This document shows positions 56,584 to 64,000 of a DNA stretch of 64,000 bases, in pieces; the stretch's first letter is position 1, and every line of letters starts with the position of its first letter. The position numbers were made by a program, and so were the translations under genes. The notes below the pieces were generated by a model, which saw nothing but the letters and a program-made list of their open reading frames with translations, ran no database searches and was not told the origin of the DNA. The stretch comes from a virus, in IMG/VR virus record IMGVR_UViG_3300028596_000009, positions 64,001 to 128,000 of that record; one strand, given 5' to 3'.

Positions 56584-57774
56584 GAGCCTTCGATGAGCTG
56601 AGCCGGAGCCTGGAAGTATCCCTTGGTGGTCTGCGTCGTCGCACCCGGGGAGAGGAAAGGCTGAGCAAAGTTGTCGATCAGAGCGACGATCTGATCCATC
56701 AGGAGATCAAGATCCGCTCCGGTGGAGTTGGGGATGACGACCTCCCGGATCATGAAAGAGTCGGGAGGTCCGAAGGGGTGGAGGGATTCCCCTACCGGAT
56801 CCTCACTCGGCTGCGTGATGCGGACGGCGGCACGCAGCAGGGGGAACGAGTAGCCGGTCCCGTCCATCATGACCTGCGTCTCGCTCCAGTCGGCGCCTTC
56901 GGGTATCACTATGCCTCCGTCTTCCGGTTGTTCTGCTGGGTCCGCTCAGTCTCCAGCTCTTCGATCCTCCGCCGGTAGGTGAGGGCCTGAGCCCGGAGAA
57001 TCGAGTTCTCGTAGATGAGATCGCCGACCTTCTCCCTCAGGCCATCGATCACGTCACTCGACGAAACGGAGTCCGTCACGGCGTCTTCCCCTTCCAGCTC
57101 TTGTCGGCTTCCATGCGGCGTACGGAGATCATCTTCCTGATCTGCCTTCCGTACTTCACTTCCATCACGTGCCTACGGGACTCTTCGACCAGGTCGGCGT
57201 TCTCTTCGAGGATGGAGGACAGGGAAAGGTACCCCTTGGCGGAACGGTCGATCGAGTGGTCCGAGGCGTCCGCCAGAAGGAGATCACGAGCAGCCTGCCG
57301 GGCCTGAGCCACGGGAGACGCGGACAGCGCCCTGGCGGCTCGCATCCCCCCTCCGCCGATCTCGGTGGAGATGTCGAAGACCGCCTTCATCATCGTTTCC
57401 GTGTCGGCCAGCTTCATGCTCCTGGCCTCCTCCATGAGCGTGTGGCCCACCTGGTCCAACAGGTTCCTGACGGCCCGCCCACGATCCACCTGACGGTTCT
57501 GCACACTTCGCAGACCGGCCATCTTGCTCTTCATCAGACCGGCTTCCGCCGCATGATTCATCACGTGGAACTCGACGGCTTCCATGTCCGATTCGACGCC
57601 GAAAGTGAGCTGGGCGTCAGCGATGGCATGGATCGGCATGTAGTGGAGGTGCTTGCCGTTGGGTTCCTCGTCCCACGGAGGGTCGTACTCAAGAATCAGG
57701 CAGGAAAGCTTGGGGATCCCGTCCATGGTGAGTGCGGTGTCATTCAGTTCGGCTGACTTGAAAACTATGTCCAT
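56580..57774 (-). other. Three hypothetical CDS at end of tail operon (57076-57774, 56909-57079, 56580-56909)
   Basis: Coupled minus-strand ORFs. Confidence 0.7.
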
Positions 57775-57781
57775 GGCATCC

Positions 57782-60700
57782 CTAAATGTCGTAGGAACCA
57801 CGGAAGCAAAGGAACTGAACCGCCTCCGTATCCGCGTTCTGCCTCCAGGAGAACCCGGAAGAGGAAAGTGTATAGTAATTCGCATACATCGGTGTCGTCG
57901 TACTGACAGCATTCGGGCTCACCATCGGACGGTACGACCAACCGTTATTCAGCGACCACGTCACTGTGCCGTTTCGCTGGGTGGCTACCGTAGCTACCGC
58001 GATAGCCCGGAAAACCCCGTAGTTGTCGTTCAGCTCCGAGCCGTGAGGCATGGTCCCCTCAAGCAGAAGCTCGTTGCCGGTGTCGCCCCAACTGATGCTG
58101 GCAACCACCGAACTGTCGACCCACTCCTTGTAGATGGCCATACCGCCACCGGTCTTGAAGTTCAGGTCGACGCGGCCCGTGCTGTTCCGGGTGATCTCCG
58201 GCCCCACGATGCCGAACGAGTACGGCGTCCACCCTCCCGTACCGGCGCCGTCGGCGGCGAAGATGTTGGTGTCCTGGTCGCCGGGGCCCGGGGTGTCGAT
58301 ACGGATACCGGCCTGGCCCAGGTAGTTGGCGCTCTGGCTGATGACGACTCGCGGCACACCGGAGGCCGGAACCGTGGTCTGGTAGACCGAGCCGGTGATC
58401 GTGTGCTTGACCGTCAGTGCGTCCGCCTTGATCTGAGTCGCCGTCACCGAGTCGGCAGCCAGCAGCGGCGTGTTGATCATGCCGTCGCCGATGTAGACCG
58501 ACGACTCCTGCCAGATCGAGAACTCGGACAGCCGCACCACGTTTCCGGCCGGGACGTTCGTCCACTGCGTCCAACCGTAAAGGGCGACAGCAGCCGTGTT
58601 CGCCGGAGGGCTGACGCCCGCCCCGGTGCTGGTGGTGATGATGGCGTCCTGGTTCGGGGCGGTGTAGTTCGTCGTACCGATGATGGCCAGGTTGCTGATC
58701 TGGTTTCCCGCGCGGTCGAAGAACTTGGCGAAGAGCTGAACGGCCAGCGTCGCACCCACCGGCCATGCGGCAGCCGCCGGGATCTCCACACGCATACGGG
58801 CCTTCAGGCCGCCTACCACCTGAGATCCGTTACGGGTGAGCTGCTGAAGCTGTCCGATGTTCACACCGGTGAGGGTGTTGCCCAGCGGAAGCGACAGGAT
58901 CGTGTTGTTCAGCAGAGAGAAACGGGCGGTCTGCGTGGTGGTCAGCGGCCCCTTCGTGCCGACGGCCTTGCCGCCCGAGACCGACCACGTGATGTCCGAC
59001 GAGGAAGTGCCTGAGAGCGCCGAGGTGGCCACACGGAAGGCGTTCAGGTCCGGGTCTCGGAGCTGCGGGTCGGCAACCAGGTTGTTCGTCTCACCGATCG
59101 ACAGGCGGTCGACCGTCAGCGAGTACGCCTTGATCTTCTCGGCGGTGATCGTACCGGCGGCAATGTTGTTCGCCGTGATCGAGTTGGCCTCGATGTCCGG
59201 GCCGACAACGCCGACGACAACGATGCTGGAGACGTCGGACACCGTGGTCGAGTCGTTGCCCGCCGTGTCGTAGGCGGTGAACCGGAAGTACAGGGTGTCG
59301 CCGATGCCCCAGTTGAGCTGGGCGTCCTCACCGGTGACGATAACCGCGCTGCCCGGCTCGAAGATCTCTCCGATCCTGGTGAACGGACCGGCGCCCGACA
59401 ACGACATCTCGACCTGGATCGAGGCAAACCGTGCGGGCATCGGCTGACCGGCCGAGTCGTTGCCGTCCCACTCGACCTTCACCGTGGACAGGCGGCTGGA
59501 CAGCACAGGGTCCGACGGCTTGGGCATGCCCGTGGTGGGCCACGCCATGACGGCCGAGACCTCGTTGCTGTACTCGCCGACACGACCGCCCAGGCCGATG
59601 GCCGCCACACCGAAGTAGTACGTCTCGCCGGAGTCGAGGTTGTTGATGTGGCCGACGATCCTGTTGCCCGGCGTCGCGTTCAGCGGGTGGCGGACCGAGT
59701 TGCTCAGCGACATGTCCTCGGGCGACGAAGCGGGCCGGGCATAGAAGCTGTACCTGGCCATGCCCATGCTGTTGCCGTCGACATCGACGAAGACCGGGTC
59801 GAACTCGACCCTCGCCCGCGCCTTCGGCTCACCGGCCGGATTGAAGTACCCCGTGGACGTGACCACGAGGTTCCCCGGGATGCTCGGCTCCTGGTTGGTC
59901 GGGTCCGGCTGGGGGATGGGGATCGGGTTGGTGCCGCCGCCACCGCCAGCTCCAGGCCCTCCCTGTCCCGTGACACGGTTGACCCACCGCTCGTTGCGCA
60001 TCTGGCGTTCGAGGAAGCGGTCGTTCAGGGTGAGGTGGATGACCATGCCGGTCGGCTCGGTGCCTGCCAGCGTGATCTGGTACACCCGAAGAGGTTCGAG
60101 CTGATTGCCGTTCTCGGTGCGCCCTCGGATCACGTCACCGGGGCGGTAGTCGTAGAAGGGCACAGGAAGGCCCTCACGCCAGGTGATCTGCTTCGTGATC
60201 ATCATGCGCGGCTGGCTGCGGGACGACAGCACATAGGCGCCCACCTGAGCCATGGTGGAAAGGTCGGAAACACCACCGGCCTGCATGAGATCCTCCCACT
60301 CGCCCCACGGCGGATCGGGAGAAAGCGGCGGCATCTCCACCACCCGGCTGATGCCCTTGTCGCCCTGCACAATGATCGTGCGGGTGTAGTCCTCCAGTGT
60401 CCGGTCCACCGGCTCTTCGAGGTGCGAGGCGGTCGGGTGCAGGATGACACCGCCGCTGTCTATCGCGAGGTTCCGGCGCAGCTCGGTGTTCGGGCGGTAC
60501 AACTCCAGGGTGCGGCCCAGCATGCGCCAGTCGGCCAGCCCCTGAGAAGTGAGGGCGTCGAGGATCGACCAGGCGTCCTGCCCGTACTCGTACTCGACGG
60601 TGTAGGTGTCGTCCCAGGGAATGCCTGCGGAGTCCTCGGTGGGGCCGAAGTTGTACGCCAGCCCGGGAATGTTGCCCCGGAGCTTCGACTCCTCGATCAG

Positions 60701-61117
60701 GGCGCTCAGCGCGTCACCCGGCGTGGTGTTGGCGAACCGGCGCCGGTTCTCCTTGTTCACCAGGGCCTTGTTGGTGAACCTGACCTTCTTCAGCATCCAG
60801 CCGTACGACGGCATCGTGTACGTGACGTGGCCCGGCCGGATCATCAGGTCGTGCTGGCGGCGCAGGTTCAGGAAACGGAATCCGGTCTGCTCGCCGTACC
60901 CTCCGGTGACCGGATTGCGCAGCCGGAAAACCACCTCGCACGGCTGCTCCAGCAGCTCGATGCTGGGCGAGTCTTTCGGGTAGACCATCGTCAGTGACGA
61001 CATGTCGTTGATCGGGACGGAAATCTCCCACGAAAGCGGGTGGGGTATGGAACCCCTCAGGTCACCGTTCGGCTCATAGACCTGGAACCTTCCGATGAGA
61101 CTGTTCTGTGCCGCCAT
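57782..61117 (-). CDS. Minor tail protein (Tal/central fibre-like, Fn3-like domains)
   Basis: Follows Dit and TMP; NLDSGETYYFGVAA and YFRFTAYDTAGN Fn3 signatures; ANSITA..IAAG.ITA.KI repeats. Confidence 0.85.
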   Translation of the reverse strand: MAAQNSLIGRFQVYEPNGDLRGSIPHPLSWEISVPINDMSSLTMVYPKDSPSIELLEQPCEVVFRLRNPVTGGYGEQTGFRFLNLRRQHDLMIRPGHVTYTMPSYGWMLKKVRFTNKALVNKENRRRFANTTPGDALSALIEESKLRGNIPGLAYNFGPTEDSAGIPWDDTYTVEYEYGQDAWSILDALTSQGLADWRMLGRTLELYRPNTELRRNLAIDSGGVILHPTASHLEEPVDRTLEDYTRTIIVQGDKGISRVVEMPPLSPDPPWGEWEDLMQAGGVSDLSTMAQVGAYVLSSRSQPRMMITKQITWREGLPVPFYDYRPGDVIRGRTENGNQLEPLRVYQITLAGTEPTGMVIHLTLNDRFLERQMRNERWVNRVTGQGGPGAGGGGGTNPIPIPQPDPTNQEPSIPGNLVVTSTGYFNPAGEPKARARVEFDPVFVDVDGNSMGMARYSFYARPASSPEDMSLSNSVRHPLNATPGNRIVGHINNLDSGETYYFGVAAIGLGGRVGEYSNEVSAVMAWPTTGMPKPSDPVLSSRLSTVKVEWDGNDSAGQPMPARFASIQVEMSLSGAGPFTRIGEIFEPGSAVIVTGEDAQLNWGIGDTLYFRFTAYDTAGNDSTTVSDVSSIVVVGVVGPDIEANSITANNIAAGTITAEKIKAYSLTVDRLSIGETNNLVADPQLRDPDLNAFRVATSALSGTSSSDITWSVSGGKAVGTKGPLTTTQTARFSLLNNTILSLPLGNTLTGVNIGQLQQLTRNGSQVVGGLKARMRVEIPAAAAWPVGATLAVQLFAKFFDRAGNQISNLAIIGTTNYTAPNQDAIITTSTGAGVSPPANTAAVALYGWTQWTNVPAGNVVRLSEFSIWQESSVYIGDGMINTPLLAADSVTATQIKADALTVKHTITGSVYQTTVPASGVPRVVISQSANYLGQAGIRIDTPGPGDQDTNIFAADGAGTGGWTPYSFGIVGPEITRNSTGRVDLNFKTGGGMAIYKEWVDSSVVASISWGDTGNELLLEGTMPHGSELNDNYGVFRAIAVATVATQRNGTVTWSLNNGWSYRPMVSPNAVSTTTPMYANYYTLSSSGFSWRQNADTEAVQFLCFRGSYDI

Positions 61118-61118
61118 C

Positions 61119-61958
61119 TCACACCACCGCTGCTCGGGCTCGAATCACCACAGGTCCGGCTGTTTCCGTGGAGACGATCTGAACCTGAGAAGTCACCGTC
61201 AAACTGGATCCGCCCGACCTGGAGGTAATCGTAAACGGACCGAGATCGGTGAACACCATTCGACTGGAAACGTTGGTCCCGGTGAAGGTCCACACAGGGG
61301 AAGTGACGATGTGTGCTATCAGGTTGTAGGGGTCCATCAGAAGGTACTGTCCGGACGGAACCGTCAGACTTCCCTTGGTCCAGTTGACCGCCGTGTTGGA
61401 CACCACGTCCCTGACCGTGATCGACCCGACCGGTCCCGGCACACGGATCAGGGAATCGACGATGGGGGCCGTGGTGGAAAGCCCCACGTTGGACGTCGTG
61501 GTGTTGTTGATGGCGAAGCCCTGCTCGACATAGGGGCCACGCCAGGAGCCGCCGGGAATGTTGAAGATGATCTGCACATCGGCACGGTTGGTCGAGCAGA
61601 AGAAGTCCGGCGAAGTCGTCGACACGAGCTGCCCGTCGGCCGTCTCGGTGTTCGTCCCACGGACCCTGGTCAGTTCGACCGGCTGATTGTTGCCCATGCC
61701 GAACGCGCCGGTCAGGCTGTTCCACAGACCCCGCAGATCGTTCGCGTCGTCGCCCTGCACACGGACCTTCAGACCCAGCGTGATGGCCGACATCGGATCG
61801 TCCCACTTCGGGATCTGGTAATGCGTAGCAGGAATCTCCACGACCGCCCGGCGCGGAGCCAGGGCAGGGGCGTACTCCGTCTCCTTCAGGAGCCAGATGC
61901 CCCGCGTCTGCGTCGTGCCGGGGATCGTAAAGCCGTTCAGGCCGTACTGCGTAGACAC
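61119..61958 (-). CDS. Distal tail (Dit)-like minor tail protein
   Basis: Directly after tape measure; 279 aa, beta-rich. Confidence 0.75.
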   Translation of the reverse strand: MSTQYGLNGFTIPGTTQTRGIWLLKETEYAPALAPRRAVVEIPATHYQIPKWDDPMSAITLGLKVRVQGDDANDLRGLWNSLTGAFGMGNNQPVELTRVRGTNTETADGQLVSTTSPDFFCSTNRADVQIIFNIPGGSWRGPYVEQGFAINNTTTSNVGLSTTAPIVDSLIRVPGPVGSITVRDVVSNTAVNWTKGSLTVPSGQYLLMDPYNLIAHIVTSPVWTFTGTNVSSRMVFTDLGPFTITSRSGGSSLTVTSQVQIVSTETAGPVVIRARAAVV

Positions 61959-61971
61959 GGCTCTCCTTTCC

Positions 61972-64000
61972 TCAGACTCCGTTCAGCGTCGCAGCGTACG
62001 CCAGGGACCGGTTGATGGTGGTGCTGGTGGGCTCTGCCTGCGGGTACTGGTTGTTCACGGTGATACGAGTACCGGCACCACCGCCGATCATCGCGATCCG
62101 GGGCACCTGACTGTTCGCGGGCATCCGCTGGATCATGCCGCTGCCGGACTGCATCTGCCGCAGGCTGACCTTCCGGACGTTGACACTGCCGCCCGAGGCG
62201 AACTGCGGGTAGCCGTAGCCCCTGCCGTACCTGCCGGAGTTGATCGCCTCCAGCAGCGCGCCGAACCGACTGGCCTGCTTGGCGTTGATGACGAACTCGC
62301 CGTCGGACAGCATCGCCGGGATCGAGTCGGACGTGCCCGTACCAGGACCCGCGATCCAGCCACCGGTGGCTGCTTCCATCGTCGAGGGCGGGCTGTTCTT
62401 CTGGTAGTAGTAGTAGCCGACCGAGACCGTCGCTGACCTGGTCAGGTTCGCCTGGATCGTCTCGCCCGTGCTCCAACTGTTCTGGCGCATCTGCTGAAGG
62501 TCGCTGTCGAAAGCGCTCTGGTTGACCTCCGGTGTCGGGTCCATCCAGCCGTTCAGACGGTCGCGCCACTTGCCCGTCCACTCGCGCAGCTTGTTCAGGC
62601 CCTGCTGGAACACGTCCGGGTAGACGTTCGGAGTGCCCGTGGGCGACAGGCCGCTCTTCGTCTGCTGCGACTGTGCGATCCCCTTCAGCAGCTCCAGCAC
62701 ACGCAGGTACTCAGCGGGGTCAAGCTTTCCGTTGCCGTCCGCATCGAAGTCGCCCGCCTCGCCCCTCGCCTTGGCCAGGGTGTTCAGGGCGTCCATCGTG
62801 GTCTCGAACTGCTCGGTGGTGAGCTTCGCCTCGGCCTTCGGGTCGAGCGCGCCGGAGCCGACGACCAGGGTGACCAGCTCCTCCAGCTTGGTCATCTCGG
62901 TGGTGTACTGCTCAGTGGTCAGCTTGCCCTCGGCGTTCAGGTCGAGCGCGTCGCTCGCGTTGAGCAGGTTGACCTGTGCCTCCAGGCGGGCCACGGCAGC
63001 GGCGTACTCGGCATCGTCCAGGGTGGCGTCGCCGTTCAGGTCGAACGCGCCGACGGCGTTCTGTGCCTTTACCCAGTCGGCCAACTGGCTTGCCTCACCG
63101 GTGTACAGCGCGGTGACCAGCTCGGCAGCCGCCTTGATGTCCAGAGCGCCGGACTGCACCAGGCTCAGGGCGTACGTCTGAAGCTTCGTGGCGTCGCCCC
63201 GGAACTTCTCCAGGTCGAGTGCGATCTCCTTGGTGATGACGTCCTTGGAGATCAGGTCGCCGAGGGTCTCCAGCGCCTTTGTGGCCTTCTGCACAGAGCC
63301 GCCGGGCTTCATCGCCTGGTCGAGCGCGTTGGCCGTGGCGTCGGCGAAGAGCTGGCCGGTCTCAGCGCCCTTTCCGGCAATGGCGACCTGCCCCTTGGTC
63401 ACCGCAGCACCGAATGCCTCCTGACCCTGCTTTCCGTACGCGCTCATCTGGGCGATGAAGTCTGCCTTCTCCTTGTCGCCCAGCTTCAGAGCCTGCGCCA
63501 GCATGGGGGCGGCGTCGATACCCATGTCGCGGAACGCACTGGCCACGGCCGGGGAAAGCTCATTGACCGCGCGAACCAGGTTCTTCTCCCAGTCCCTGGT
63601 GACAGTGAGCTGGTCCTTGATCGCCTGACTGAACGCATCGAACGACTTGGTCATCGCTTCAATGTTGATCTTCCCTGCCCGGAATGCGGCAACGAAGCTG
63701 TCGGCACTCTCAAACTCGATCGCCTCGAAACCGGCCTGAAGGGCGCGCATGGGATCCAGCGAAGCGCCGATGGCACTGGCCATGGCCGTGATGTCGGTGG
63801 ACAGCGACGAGGCGTTCGAGTCAGCTTCGTCCAGACTGTTGGCCAGCTCCTCGGCATCGCCCGAAGCCTTGGCGGCCGAGTCGCCGAAGAGAAGGTTGGT
63901 GGCGGCCGACTTCTGTAGGTTGCCCTCGAAGAGGTTGAGGGACTCGGCGATGAGAGCGATGGCGGCCTTCTCTTCCGCGAGCCCCCTCATCTCCTTGTCG
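61972..64000 (-). CDS. Tape measure protein, C-terminal part
   Basis: Long Ala-rich helical ORF open to window edge; ATGG.I.GPGTGTSDSIPAMLSDGEFVINA. Confidence 0.9.
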   Translation of the reverse strand, partial: DKEMRGLAEEKAAIALIAESLNLFEGNLQKSAATNLLFGDSAAKASGDAEELANSLDEADSNASSLSTDITAMASAIGASLDPMRALQAGFEAIEFESADSFVAAFRAGKINIEAMTKSFDAFSQAIKDQLTVTRDWEKNLVRAVNELSPAVASAFRDMGIDAAPMLAQALKLGDKEKADFIAQMSAYGKQGQEAFGAAVTKGQVAIAGKGAETGQLFADATANALDQAMKPGGSVQKATKALETLGDLISKDVITKEIALDLEKFRGDATKLQTYALSLVQSGALDIKAAAELVTALYTGEASQLADWVKAQNAVGAFDLNGDATLDDAEYAAAVARLEAQVNLLNASDALDLNAEGKLTTEQYTTEMTKLEELVTLVVGSGALDPKAEAKLTTEQFETTMDALNTLAKARGEAGDFDADGNGKLDPAEYLRVLELLKGIAQSQQTKSGLSPTGTPNVYPDVFQQGLNKLREWTGKWRDRLNGWMDPTPEVNQSAFDSDLQQMRQNSWSTGETIQANLTRSATVSVGYYYYQKNSPPSTMEAATGGWIAGPGTGTSDSIPAMLSDGEFVINAKQASRFGALLEAINSGRYGRGYGYPQFASGGSVNVRKVSLRQMQSGSGMIQRMPANSQVPRIAMIGGGAGTRITVNNQYPQAEPTSTTINRSLAYAATLNGV

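Noticed and set aside
1-64000. Integrase, att site or host-prophage junction
   Set aside because: No recombinase motifs or host genes recognised in the window

Overview
High-GC (actinobacterial, most likely Streptomyces) tailed-phage genome segment; no host housekeeping genes and no integrase are visible. Left to right: (1) a promoter-driven RNA array (~1.2-2.86 kb) of five canonical tRNAs (Thr-CGT, Phe-GAA, Asp-GTC, Arg-TCT, Arg-CCT), a Tyr-GTA tRNA with an odd loop, tRNA bodies with broken anticodon arms and several unexplained structured RNAs; (2) a Ro60/TROVE gene preceded by three tandem Y-RNA-like ncRNAs, two displaying tRNA anticodon loops and one being a complete circularly permuted tRNA; (3) a long + strand accessory region with an SNF2 helicase, HAD phosphatase, Acb2/Tad1-like protein, SLOG protein, RelE-like proteins, tandem paralog families, an Spd-like membrane operon with a lytic transglycosylase, phased GGAA(G/A)C(A/G) repeat arrays, a ribbon-helix-helix regulator with a recurrent operator-like motif, a UvrD helicase and a DEDD exonuclease; (4) a lone minus-strand HTH replication initiator with internal iterons; (5) a recombination/replication module (PD-(D/E)XK exonuclease, RecT-like protein, primase-helicase, family A polymerase with a LAGLIDADG intein, RuvC-like resolvase); (6) convergent minus-strand tail genes (minor tail, distal tail, partial tape measure). 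Best candidate new systems: the anticodon-displaying Ro60/Y-RNA locus beside the aberrant tRNA array, and a possible phage-plasmid hyphal-spreading module. All family calls come from motif recognition by eye; no searches were run.
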